Made by a program: the position numbers and the translations under genes. The notes beneath the pieces were generated by a model, which saw nothing but the letters and a program-made list of their open reading frames with translations, did not search any database and was not told where the DNA came from. A stretch of DNA of 62,617 nt, filler included, from Asterionella formosa (taxonomy: Eukaryota), in assembly GCA_002256025.1 (NCBI GenBank). It is 7 parts of 7 records of this genome, joined end to end, with 100 filler letters (N's around TTAATTAATTAA, not from the genome) between each part and the next. Parts side by side here need not be neighbours in the genome. Positions count along the whole stretch, not along the records: positions 8,979 to 17,851 come from NKIB01011500.1; positions 17,952 to 26,820 come from NKIB01011511.1; 5 more parts are not named here. One strand, written 5' to 3'. Below, one piece after another: positions 10,652-23,056 of the stretch. Numbering within the stretch: the stretch's first letter is position 1; each line of letters opens with the position of its first letter.

Positions 10652-13163
10652 TTGATTGGATAGTCGCATATCTTTCACACAGATATTGGATCTGAGTTCA
10701 GAGCTGAACAAGTTGGTGTGGGTATGTTGAAAAGGCGGAATCAAACAATGCTGTCAGTCACTGGTAGGCCCCGAAAGGCAGTGATCAGGGTTCAGTCGAA
10801 ATCATCAACAGACTTGTAAAACATGTAATGAACAGTGTACTTGCAATTGGAGTTCAAAAGGGAAAACTCCATCCAAACTGGACCAATTGCCTTGGAGAAG
10901 TTATTTCAATTCTGAACCTACAATATGGTTGGTTTGGTCAGGCCAAAAAGGATGTTTCTGCATATGAAACCGTTTTTGGGATTGATTTTGATCCCATTAT
11001 GCCAGACACCAGAGACAGCACCCACAGGTGCACAACTATCCAAGAGCGCATGGATGTGGCAGCTAGAAGTAGATTCCATGCTGTTGTGGAATCCATGTAT
11101 GGCTTGACCCTTAATCCCAGTGAATACAATGACTCTGTCTCCATGGAGTTGACATTGCCACAGGCTGGCAATGTCTGTGACACCACTTTCAGTGGCGGTG
11201 ACTTTTCACAACGTTTTGCTGAAATTTTGGAAGGACCTGATTTTAGCATTAGTGTTCAAGCTCAATCAACAACTGATTATGAGAAAACCAGTGACTATGA
11301 TATCAGCAGAAGCGATGATGAAAAACCGAAGAGAAAAGAGCAGTCTTTCCACGTCTACTGCCACAGTAAAGATGAAATCCTGCATCACAACGAAAATCTG
11401 GGTAACCACTTGTTTCAACAGCTACAGCTAGATTGTGGCACAGACAGCTTGTTGCCGTCTTCTTCCACAGGCAACTCAGTCAAAGTCATAGACAACATGC
11501 TGCAATCTTCTGCCAATTGCAACACATAAGAAAAGGAGCCAGATGGGGATTGTATAAGTTATGAAATCATTAGAGTTCCTCCACAAACAAGAAATAGGAA
11601 GATGACAACAAGAAGAAGAAATGCCTTATCAGTTCAAGAAGCATTGGAATTAGGTGAAGGGTCAATTCATATTTGGGGAGGACAAAAAATCAAAAGTTTA
11701 TATCCCACACTCAATTGCATTTCATGTTGTTTTTTAGGATACCATTTAATCACAGTTTGCAATAAAGCATACTACTCTAAATGTGAGAATACCAATGCCT
11801 GATAAGAAACTGATTTTATATCAATTTTTGCAACACTGATTGCTCACAAGAACCATGTTGGTTCCTTTCAATTTGTTCATTGTCTGTTAACGATGGAAAA
11901 AGTAGAATCGCGAATGTAAAAGAAAATGAAGGTCAATGTAAAAAGGGTTGTAAGTGTCTTTCATGGCAATGATCACTTTGCAGTGATGGAGAGCAACTTT
12001 GACACCAATGTCATAACAATTTATGATGGCCTCAATCTAGGTCTTAACAACTGGTGGTTCCATTATATCACCAATGTGCTGAAACGGACGAAACTAATTG
12101 GAAGGAACTCTTTGCCAACTTTCCATTCCAATGATCATTTCAAAGTCATTCATTATACATCAAAAAGATGTGTACAATTGTGGCTCGATTGCTTGCCTTG
12201 TCCAGGGTTCGATTTTTGAACCAGAAATTGTAAAAATATCAGCTATTTCTCCACATAACTATCGCCACTTTGTTGTATCAATGTTCAAGGAAATGGTTAA
12301 TCAATTCAATACTAAATTGATCTTACCAAGTGAACTACAAGATACTGTTTCAATGACACAGCAAGTGAATACTGAGCAAATGGATTTTGATGGTGAACTG
12401 ATGCTAAATGAAATGGTAGGAAGAAAATAACGACGTGGGAATGAGAACAGATGTGCAAGACATGCTTTGGAAAGTGCAGTTAAAGAAACTCCCATGAAAT
12501 CAAAGAAAAATGCAAGACAAAAACATGCACAATATGTTAGAGCACAACGACAGAAGGATCAAAGCAAATACATGAAAAGCCGACATATGCAGTCAGGGCA
12601 AAAGGCGACTATTGTGTCTATAGTTGCACTTAAAACGGACTACAGAGATGTAAGCAACACCAATGGAATTCCTGCCATTGTCTTCGCCCTATCTACAAAT
12701 GAACTTGGACGAGGAATACAAGCAGTAACTGATCATGGCATTATATGTTCTGGAAAAGGGAGAAATGAGAAGATATACTTTATCCCTCAAGAAAGATACA
12801 TCGTCCATCCAAATGAGGCAGTCATTTCACCATATTTGAATGAAAAGAGACAAGCCATACTTGATGGAGCTTTAGCTTTCGCTTGTGAAAATTATAGAAA
12901 AATGAGTATGCAGCAAGCTCATGCTTTGTGTTGCTTATCCTCAAGATAGAAAGTCAAAATGAAGGTGTAGGTGTCTAAAAGAATGCACAAATGCTTATGG
13001 ATGCTTCAAGGAAAAGCGTGGTTGCAGTGTGTCTTGCAAATTTTCTGCGAAATGTATGAAAAACTTCAAAAAACAATTATAAGTCATTATTAGGTAAAAA
13101 TAACTTTTCATAAGATTATAAAAATCTGGTGAAACAGCTGTGAATAGGAAACTGTGGTGAACA
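10652..13163 (+). mobile_element. Degenerate Ginger-type (KRBA2/SCAND3-like integrase) DNA transposon with a Ulp1-like protease and Cys-rich C-terminus, 5'-truncated
   Basis: Integrase core motifs IFHTDIGSEF, VTGRPRK..DQGSVEIINRLVK, NWT..L, SAYETVFG; C48 protease motifs NDHFAV / IYDGL / HQKDVYNCG (11926-12200, frameshifted); CRCLKEC..GCFK...GCSVSC...KC (~12966-13057); candidate terminus ...gtggtgaACA at 13163. Confidence 0.75.
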
Positions 13164-13540
13164 GAGCAATCAGTGTGTACCTGGTACCCAGGTACTCCTG
13201 GTAATGCCTTACGCTACCATTGGTATAATGCATACTAGTAGTAGTACTACCAGTGTATGTACCGTAGGCGTATTGGAACCACCTCAATACCAGGGGTCAG
13301 GATGGTGATTTTCTTAGCCGAGAAAATATTTAATTAAAGTTAAATTGCCTCTGAATTGTCTTGAAACTTTTATCCACGACTCCAAAAAGATGGTCATGAC
13401 AGCGGAATTCACAAAACAAGCGCTCCTATATAGATACTACGCCTTGTCGCTTCAAATCTGATGAATGAAAGAGCCCGAAAAACTAAACAAATCGCGCCGA
13501 TTCAGCAGATTTTACTAGTAAATTCTGCTGATTTGGATTT

Positions 13541-13762
13541 CATCAGATATGACGAAAAAGATCATGGCCCTTGGCCTGTACATCCTGAAGGAATACATAC
13601 TTGGGGCAATTGTTTTCAGAATCCTCGTACTCAAGGTGGCCGAGCAGGTTGCATGTCTGGTCGTCATAATGGACGTGGCCGTTCCATTTCCGGTGGACAA
13701 GGACATTTTGGTGGTCATGGAATTGGCTCACACAGCAATTCCCACTCCAGCTATCGTCTTGC
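13541..13762 (+). pseudogene. Gypsy gag fragment, separated from the rest of the element by an insertion
   Basis: PWPVHPEGIHTWGNCFQNPR (degenerate C-P-x-H..H-x-W-x-x-C..NP knuckle) followed by an RG/G-rich tract. Confidence 0.6.
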
Positions 13763-16260
13763 CATTCGGGTACTTCTATGTTATTTCTAGGCTTTAAGTA
13801 AATTCTTAAGTAATTTTTATTTAAGGGCAATATGGGGCACATCGAATTTTTCGGCAATAAAATTGCCGATTTTAGCATGACAACCAGAATAACGGTAATA
13901 TGCATAGAGATGGTACAACAAGCGTAAAACACACAAGAATGATTGTAACACACAATATCAATGAAAATTGAACATCATGTTTGGAGCAACCAAAGTATGA
14001 AATGCGATGTAATAAGTAGCATCAAATGAGAAATAGAAAAAATCGTTTTGGGTTAGAAATGAAGTAAAAAAGAAGAGTTTCAATGGAGATGTATGCATTG
14101 TGAATCATTTTAGTACTTCACAGGCAACATTGCTTGACTTTCCATCACCACACAATCGAATACCAAAACCTACATCGTTATGTAGCCTAAACGGTTTGGT
14201 TGCTGCAACCATGCGCATCGCTGTAGTAGCCTGACACCAGTAGCAGCATTTCCGCCACAGTCATTCCTCTCCGCCCACCAAACAAGCAACCCTGATCATT
14301 CCAATCTGAGCAAGCATGATCGCCATGCTGCTCCAACACTATTGACTCTCTCTAGCTGAGTATTCATGTAGCTTCTGATACGAACTTGTAGTAGAAATTT
14401 AGCAAGGCGCTTTATTACAAGAAAAGCATTGCTTGGCGGCAATATTGACATCATTGTCAACGACTATACAAATCAATAAATATGATCAACAAAGGCACAA
14501 TACCCCATCTTCAATGAGTAGTCATTGATAAATGCATTGGTTCTTATGTATATATATATAATCGAAACAAAACGACAGTGCGGAACGACAAACAACGACG
14601 GAAGCGATCAAAACAAACCACGGAAGCAGTCAAATCGGAAAGTCGATAAATATGATCTACAATCCACATTCAGTGTTTCACTGTTGTACTCACCAATCCG
14701 CTTCAACTATCATAACAAGCAGCAGACGATGGGATTAAAGAAAGACGAACGTTGCCTATTGCAAGCCCGAATAGAGCAAAGGCAGGCAAGATAGAGTGAG
14801 AACTATACTAATTGTGAGGACGAAATTGGGCAAACGGTACATAAAGTCAATGAATATGTGAACAAAATAATTTAACATTCAGGTCTCGTAAAAATAATAC
14901 CGAGTCCACAGAGATAATATTATAACGTTTAAGCATATCTTAAACCATGCATGGTTGTTTTTAGTACCACGTACGTATGTAGACCAGATGACTGCCGGTA
15001 CCTGGTACTGGTAGAATATCCGTTAAGCATCATCACATGCATGACCGGAGCAAAAACTTGCCACCAACATCAGATGCATCGACATAATCGTTCGTCCGAC
15101 GAAATATGGACAATGCGACTACATGAATGCCTCAGAAGACAAGCAATCCAACAACCAACCGCATCCGTTAGACAATTAATCGCTACTGGCGTCAACGCGG
15201 AACTGATTTCGCCTCAAACCGGTCATGATGAACGACGATTGGCATGTTTAAAGGTGAATTGCCGGAGTCCACTTTTCAGGAGACGAACGAAAACGAGATG
15301 AATTCTAGATATAAATTATTAAAATCTGAATAGTATATAAAATGGTTTCCTTAAGTAGACCCCTTGCCGATTTCGGCAATCCCAGGGCTAGAAAACCGAG
15401 GGGCAATTGGCGTCTGTTGTCTTGCCAAAATGCGAACATAGGAAATATCCAAAATATATTTTAATGATGGGCAATATTGGACCTTTGGCAATTTTCGAGG
15501 TGAAGATAGGAAATATTCGAAATGTATTTTATATGATGGGCAATAGTAGGCTAAAATTGATATTCATGCTTTATTTGTGGGCAGTAGGTAAGCGAATGAC
15601 GCGACGATAGCTAGAGCGGGAATTGCCTCAACAATACCCTTTTTGGCGGCTAGTTGCCTTCTTGTATACATGAGCACTCGGCTGGGATGGCACTCGTAGG
15701 GTGACCTTCTTGCAGCGCTGGGGGCGCCACTCATACGGTCAACCTACTCACACCACCCAGCCTCGAACACATGTATACTCGCAGGCAAGAGACCACCTCG
15801 GGCGTGTATTGCCTTCAGCAATCCCATGGCTGGAAAACCTAGGGACGATTGGCGTCTGTTGTCTTGCCAAAATGCAAACATAAGAGATATACAAAATATA
15901 TTTTAATGACGGGCAATATCGGACCTTTGGCAATTTTCGAGGTGAAGATAGGAAATATATTTTATATGATGGGCAATAACAGTAAGCTAAAATTGACTTA
16001 ATGCTTCATTTGTGGGCAGTAGGTAAGCGAATGACGCGATGATAGCTAGAGCGGGAATTGCCTCAACAATAACCCTTCTTGGCGGCTACTTGCCTTCTCG
16101 TATACATGTGTACTCGGCTGGGATGGCACTCGTAGGGTGACCTTCTTGCAGCGCTGGGGGCGCCACTCATACAGTCAACCTACTTGCACCACCCAGCCTC
16201 GAACACATTTATACTCGAAGGCAAGAGACCTCCTCAGGCGTGTATTGCCTTCAGCAATCC
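13763..16260. mobile_element. Unclassified ~2.5-kb insertion splitting the Gypsy gag (boundaries approximate)
   Basis: Gypsy coding sequence flanks both sides; both ends are rich in GGCAAT/ATTGCC motifs; no recognisable transposase. Confidence 0.5.
15376..16260 (+). repeat. Tandem duplication: units 15376-15817 (442 bp) and 15818-16253 (436 bp), plus a GCAATCC stub
   Basis: Direct alignment of the two units; ORFs 15701 and 16137 both begin MTFLQRWGRHSY. Confidence 0.92.
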
Positions 16261-17692
16261 TACGGAAAGCTACCATACTGACGCTGCTAACCCAGTGCCT
16301 GTTCCACATGCTTGTATGTTAAATGCATGGGGTCATAATACTCATCCATCCGGTTGGGGTACGGTGCCACATGCCAATCCTACCAAGAATACATCTGCCC
16401 AGGAAATTTCAGTAGTCACAAACCCTCCTGCCCATCAGATAGTGACTTTTGTCCCTACTACACATCAACAGATTGCTGATCGCCATCACAGACGTATGTG
16501 CGATAATAGCGATGCTATTCATAATGACTCATTGAGTATATCTCACGTTAGTCATCACCTGAATGATATTGTTTATTTACAGGTTGAATACACTATGAAT
16601 ACCGCTGTTCCTGTCCTGTTTTATTTCTAAAGATATATTAACGTCAATTGATCTGATTCCGATGTCTCTTTTAGCACCACGACTGGTGGATGCTATGCCT
16701 ATGCATAAAATACTCATTTGATAGTGGAGGATCCTTATCCTTAATACATGAACGGGTTATGCCTCAAGGTATTTCTTTGTCTAACGAGACTTCCCAATTA
16801 ATACATACCATAGCTGGCACTTATTCATCTCATGCCAGTGTTATTTCAAATGACCTGATTCTACTTGAATTTAATCGATCTGCTCGTAATTTACAACAAA
16901 AGTGTCAAGTTTTTAATGGTCTATGCACATTTGATGCTATTTTAGGACACGATTTCCTTCATCAATTTGGTTTAACCATTGATTTCGTAAATAACACCAT
17001 GTCCTGTATGGATATGATTGTTCCTATGCATCCTCTCACATTCTTTGATGATGGAGAACGCTAACGTGATGTATTATTGTATTTTGATGCATCTATAATT
17101 GTGGAATCTTCATATGCGCTGGAAATTAAAGCTGCTGAATATGATTACGTGAATATTGATACAGTGGTGGATAAACAGATGCATTTGACAACAATTCAAC
17201 GATCATGTTTACAAACTATATTGGTTAAATATCAAACATTATTTGATGGAAAATTAAAAGTTCATCCTCATAAACAGGTACATTTGGAATTATAATCAAA
17301 TGCCATCTCTCGTCATCAACGAGCATATCCGGTCGCTCATATTCATTTAGAAGTTTTCAAAACCGAATTACAATGGTTATGTGATATTGTAGTCCTACAA
17401 AAACGTCGTGCTTCTAAATGGGAGTCTCCCACTCTTATTATTTCCAAAAAGGATGGAAGTGTCCGATGGGTGTCAGATTTTCATGAACTCAATAAAGTCA
17501 TCAATCGCAATATATACCCTTTACCTCGAATACAAACTATTCTCACTAAACGTGCTGGATATGTATTTTTCACCAAATTGGATGTTTCTACTATGCAATA
17601 ATATACCTTCGCATTGGATGTTGAGAGTCAACATTTGTGCGTTATTTCCACTCCATTTGGTTTATATAAATATTTACGTCTCCCTATGGGGG
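16261..17692 (+). mobile_element. Degenerate Ty3/Gypsy gag-pol (protease and N-terminal RT), 3'-truncated
   Basis: FDSGGSLSLI and DAILGHDFL (aspartic protease); AYPV, WESP..IISKKDGSVRWVSDFHELNK, YPLPRIQ, FTKLDVS, ISTPFGLYKYLRLPMG (RT); contains stops and frameshifts. Confidence 0.9.
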
Positions 17693-17851
17693 TAGTCAGT
17701 ATACTGGTCATTTGTATACTAGTAGTAGCTACTAGGAGCAATGCTGGTATATTACCAACAGTAGCGCTAAATCGGTTCTGCCCTGTCAATGACGGCAGCA
17801 CCATACTGCTGGAGCAGCACTTTACTACCAGGTACTACTGGTTTACACACC

Positions 17852-17951
17852 NNNNNNNNNNNNNNNNNNNNNNNNNNNNNNNNNNNNNNNNNNNNTTAAT
17901 TAATTAANNNNNNNNNNNNNNNNNNNNNNNNNNNNNNNNNNNNNNNNNNNN
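17852..17951. other. Artificial scaffold spacer
   Basis: N44-TTAATTAATTAA-N44. Confidence 0.97.
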
Positions 17952-18522
17952 TGGAAACTTCCAAATTGGCACAGCAGAGATGCAGCACCGTGTTTCCGTC
18001 AGTGTCTCGATTCATGAATGCTTGAGCTGGCATTAAATCTACCATAAATTTGGTGAGTGCCACTGGCGCCATCCACACGAAAACTTGCAAAATAGTCGAT
18101 TGCCGATCTGCAGAAGTAGCCGCGAGTATTTGACGCAGCCTGTTCGGCTCCTGTTCCTTCAGCTGTAGTAATGCCTGATATAGCTTTTTCCAATTTCCAC
18201 TAGCTAACAACCGATGAATGTTTCCATCCGCATCATTTTCCTCGTCTCCTTGACTTGCAAGTGGAGGAGCAGGAATAGCTCGCGTGAAAAGGTTTAAATC
18301 TCGCTGGCGCCTTCTGGGGCTGGGGCGAGAGTGCATCGAATCTTTAAGCACCGAGCCCTCAATCAAGGAAGCGTTCGATTTTCTGCCATACATTGGATGC
18401 TCGTCTTCTTGCTCGCCACGCCTGCCAGACGATCGAGATACGGATCGATGGGGATGGGAGGACTTCTTCTTCTTCTCGCCGCTTGGCTTTTCCGAATGAC
18501 TTCTGTGTCGACGAGACGACAT
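17952..18522 (-). CDS. 5' part of an ankyrin-repeat-containing protein, cut by the scaffold end
   Basis: Open frame from the ATG at 18522; basic low-complexity N-terminus, then DTDGNTVLHLCC ankyrin motif. Confidence 0.7.
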
Positions 18523-18554
18523 GATTGACGCTGATGGATGCTAGACAAGATGGA

Positions 18555-18586
18555 GGCGAAGTGAAGTGAAGTGAAGTGAAGCGAAG
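18555..18586. repeat. (GTGAA)n pentanucleotide microsatellite upstream of the ankyrin gene
   Basis: gcgaagtgaagtgaagtgaagtgaagcgaag. Confidence 0.85.
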
Positions 18587-18739
18587 CAGTGGACTATACA
18601 ATATGATGTACCGGTGCACGAGTGCCCTGGAATGGATGCAGGGGAGTACCGGTATACGGAGAGCAAACGACCATGGTCACCATACAAAATGAAAGAAGTA
18701 TTATGCATAAATATATAACAATACTTTATCATAGAGTAA

Positions 18740-18889
18740 ATTACACATGTGGAAAATGATATTTCGTCCCCCTAACCCAAATCTAACCCTAACCCTAACC
18801 CCTAACCCTTATCTTCAGGTGCTACCTTGGAAGAGTCTAGGATTAGGGTTGAGGCTAGGGGGACGAAATGTCATTTTCCTATATGTAAT
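18740..18889. mobile_element. MITE-like foldback with telomeric-repeat arms
   Basis: attacacatgtggaaaatgatatttcgtccccctaacc pairs with ggctagggggacgaaatgtcattttcctatatgtaat; (CCCTAA)n lies inside the left arm and TTAGGG-like repeats inside the right arm. Confidence 0.75.
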
Positions 18890-19244
18890 AATTAGTGAAT
18901 TAAGTGTGTCCCAGTACGTCCTGGTAGAAAGAGGAGACCATTGATTCGTTGCATGGCAGTGGGGAGTCCATTGTCCCAGGTCCAAAAAGTGGGTTGATGA
19001 CAAGGAGGCAGGCTCAAGTTGATGCAGGGAGCAGTGCTGCAATGAGTTATTTTGAATGCCCCAGTGAAGGGTAGTAAGATGGCCGCAGAGGGCATGATTC
19101 CATCCACAATGAATTTTCCCAGGACGAACAATAAATTTCATTATGAAGTGAAAGGTGAAAGGAAACTAATCCTTGTCTGAATGATTGTTTTACTATACAA
19201 TTTTCATGCCAGTAATGTTAGTCAGAATCAAATTGGTTTGGTTT

Positions 19245-22200
19245 CGTCTGCAAATAAAAACCATCATATTCCCATGATGCATCATAGGATTATGATCATC
19301 TAATCATAATTTTTCGTTATATCATCTAATAATTTTGATAAATGCCCTCGTAATTTAAATAGTAACCCTTTTGACTATGGAAATTTAATTATTATATGTA
19401 TTGTTTCTTTTAGCTAGGTTCCTTTATTTAAATTTCTTGGTATTAGGATAACAATTTACCAGTTAAAGTAATGTGGTTTGGCTCATCATCCTCTCCAGTC
19501 CTCACTCTGATTCTTGCAACAATGACAAAGCAGCCATGTCGAGAGGAACAAGTGGTTGTGATAAAATCTTCTTTTGTCGTTCAAGTCATCATATGTCTTC
19601 GATGAATCATCATCTACATTGCACAGGATGTTCGTACTCAATACGTTAAGAGTTTGACAAGAAATCCAATGAAAACAAAATGATTCATCACACAAGACGA
19701 ATATTTCAGGTCTGTCACCAGAGCATCAATCAGTGTTATAACCTAAATCATAGCTAAACAATATCCATTATAGAACAGCACAATCTACTTCTATGTTATA
19801 TCGTCTCTCTAACAAGCAAGAACATAATACATCTAGAATTGAAACGCAGCATAGCAGGCGATATGAACAAAAAAGGATGAGACTGTCTATTTATAGTAAC
19901 AGAGTGATTCTGGTTTCGTAATTTTCATGTCTCATCAGATTTCCTTTGTCATCGTACTAGTTCCTTACTTTTGACAACAGGAGCGTATTCTTTGATGTAT
20001 CTGGTATGGTTCAATGGATGGCAGCAGTTGAATTTAGACACAAACCTCGACAAAAGCACTACTTTGTAGATGTTCACAGAAAGCCAGAACTTTTGGCCTA
20101 TCGCCCACCAGCCAGTCTATACTGTAAAAATGCAAGAAGCACAAATTGAATGCCCATTTATGGATTCAAGTTTCAGTAGCGCAACAATGTAAAATATTAG
20201 AAACCGGAAGTCACATTTCATCTAATTTCGGTTTTCATTAGCTATACTAGTATTGATGGAGAGGAAGCAATGGTAGAATGGCTGCCAAACGCCGGGCGGG
20301 GGCAAACACAGAGAATCCTACTAATTTTTCTCCCCAATGATTCCAGACCGTTTTTGAATGTCACTTGCTTCAGAAAATGGAGAACAGCCGCCATGATCTG
20401 TTGATTGTTGCTGTATGATGCCACTGACCAAAACCTCCAGAATCTTAAAGAGTTGCTTGTTTATTGACTTGAATGCAAAAGGGATCAAAACAAGTGGAAA
20501 AATCAAAAGGGAACTAAAAATGCTCTGCAAACATCAGGACAATTGTGAAAGAGAAATGAAGGTTCTTGGGAGGATAAGTAAAAGGTTAATTGTTTCTGGT
20601 CTTGCGGGAACAAGAATGGATTGACCCAAACAATGTTGACAAATAGGTACCTACTGGAAAAGGAAGCAATGCTTTCGGCATCATCACCAATCTATACACA
20701 AGGTAGCTATAGCTATTGACGTCGTCAATACAGCTACCTCGACTTCATCAATGAAGAAGTCAATGGGTTGAGCATGTGAGCAAAGTCGGGGTTGAGCTTT
20801 TCTTGACGCCAACGTGCTTGGCGGAACTTGCAGATGAAGGCATTGAGTAACCTGGGCCTGTGCAGCCAAAGGATAAAGAAAAATCTATGACAAGGGTGGT
20901 GAGATAGTGTCTAGGATCATAAGTTATCATAGCTGAACGCATTTGAAAATTCGTATAGACAATAAATGGAGGCATACCATGGCTGCTCTTGGCTGACAGT
21001 TACCAACAAGTCAATGTACAAACACAACAAGAAAGGGCGCACAAAAGACAGTCCCATTTTAATCGACTGGCTGGCTGATACATAGTTTTGAGACTCACCA
21101 TTCTGCAATGGGGTGGACTTTGATCATTGCATTGTTCGAAGCACAATCAATTCGAATGCTGTCCAGTGAAACAGCCAATGAAAACAACCGTGGCGAGAAA
21201 GCGTAGAACAGATCAAGAGATTTCATAGGAATTAAAATAACAGGGCATATTTGATGCACCGCTCCTTTTGTAGACTAGCTATATTTGATCATTTCCATAT
21301 TTCATATGATTCAGGTGCATGGATGACTCTTCCCGCCCTTTCATTAGATATACAACCAAGTTGCGATAATTCTACAAGACCTATAGGATTGGTAGTCTGG
21401 TGGTCATCATTTCCGCATTGTATATGCCAGTAGGAGTCATGTATGTATGCATGCTGCGATATATCTTACAAGACATAAAAATTTGGTAGCTTGGTGGTTA
21501 TCACTTCCATACTGTATACAGGGGGGGGGGAAGGGGTTGAATGCATGAGAAACTACTCTGGTATGAACTATGATCTTCAATCAATAAGTTTTGATTCGTT
21601 CATCCTATACCTTTGATCATAACATATTGATCATATGATAAAAGGTGTCGTTGATGAGAAAATGAAAGATCAAAATTTATTTTCAGGAATCAGGAATAAT
21701 TGATCTTTTTGCATTTTATATATTTGAATTATGTGTAAGGAGTGACTACGGAGAAGGGCGGGATCAATTGATGGTAAGTCAAGAGCAAACGCCTTTCCTG
21801 TTCCTTGTCATGCATACACTTCCTGAATTGAAGGATCTCAAGCAACACATAATGCGAAAATCTGAAGTGACAATACAACACAATGATTTACCATGTGGCT
21901 AAGATTGATTGAATATGATGGAGAAGGGAGGAATCAACAAGCTGTGCATACTAGTGTCACGGCATGTCAAGAGCAAATGCCAGGATGATGAATTGTTGGT
22001 GGGATTACAAATACGGAATGACTTGTCCCATTGTTTCAGTGATTCAATAGTTCCTTTTCGATTTGGTGGCTGGCCAACCATCAATGTGGACAAAAGAAAT
22101 GTTAGAAAAACTGCCACATGGCTGTGTGTTGCTTCTTTGAGGATAATGGTAGACAAACAGTATTTGTAAGTTAAAAATAGCAGCGTTGCTTGGAGCCCAT

Positions 22201-22782
22201 TTATTGATCCATACTTTCTTATTCAATCTTCAACTGACACAATCTTTTACAGAAAAATGCATCAGTTACTTCCTCAATTTGTGGTAAGTGAAGATAGAAG
22301 CAAAATACATGTTGTTGTGTGAGCAAAACATGAATAGCCAACAATGAATTGCTTCTCTTTGTTAGTATGATTGGGACAACGAAACGGATTAATGGGAAAA
22401 TGCGTGAATGAAAACTCAGATCCATCAGGAGCAAAAGTAAAGCAGAGGAACAAGGTAAGAATGCAACCAGTACTACTACTAGCTACAACATCATTCAGAA
22501 TTGGATTGGGGGGGGGGGGGGAGGTGGAAGCACCAATCATTGCAATGAGAGCATTTTAGAACATTCTGTAGCCACCACTCAAGATATAGAAACATAGAAC
22601 CATTCTTAGCTAGCTAAATATAGTTCTAAATTTCGATCCATTTCATCCTATTTTAGACAGTGATATCGATGAGAATTACGATCATGCTATTATAAATGCA
22701 CGACAAAAGTATACACATCATAGGCCCATGTGTAACTAATTATATAATGCAATGGCATTATAACTATGATAGAATGATCATA
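19245..22782 (+). mobile_element. Most complete copy of the CGTCTGCAAATAAAAA element: end C, transposase remnant, cargo gene; interrupted ~130 bp short of end A
   Basis: Starts cgtctgcaaataaaaaccatcat. 19245-19487 is the reverse complement of 26921-27153; 20010-20267, 21571-21680 and 22185-22782 match the reverse complement of the end-A copy at 34334-35783. Confidence 0.7.
20280..21130 (+). pseudogene. C-terminal part of an IS630/Tc1/mariner-like transposase (PKxHxELxxxxIE-type)
   Basis: Read across frameshifts: GQTQ..F.PND.RPF, EGSWEDK.KG.FLVLREQEWIDPNN, DFINEE, GVELFLTPTCLAELADEGIE*.WACA.K, VVR*CL...AERI*KF, FETHHSA..DFD. I recognise this motif order from stramenopile/fungal DDE_3-like transposases. 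Confidence 0.7.
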
Positions 22783-23056
22783 GGCAAGATGACTTCATGA
22801 TGGAGGGCAATTCAAAATAGGCTGCCACTATGCTATATTTACATACACGCCATATATTACATGGAATGACCACCTTAACGTAAATAAGCCTAGTTGATTG
22901 TGAATGGATCACATCAATAAATTGAATGCATTAAAATTCGTACTTCAATATATCAACTATGTTATCCGATTCAAAACATCATGTTAATTATTTAATCAGA
23001 GTATCATGCTGCATGCATTCCTGATCATTACAATATCTTATGATTATGTGATCAAT

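Noticed and set aside
18771..18860. True telomere or telomere-fusion scar
   Set aside because: Too short, internal, wrong orientation for a fusion, and enclosed by non-telomeric inverted arms.
18892..19140. Harbinger-like transposase fragment (KFIV..ILLPFTG)
   Set aside because: Only a faint motif resemblance; catalytic residues cannot be read.
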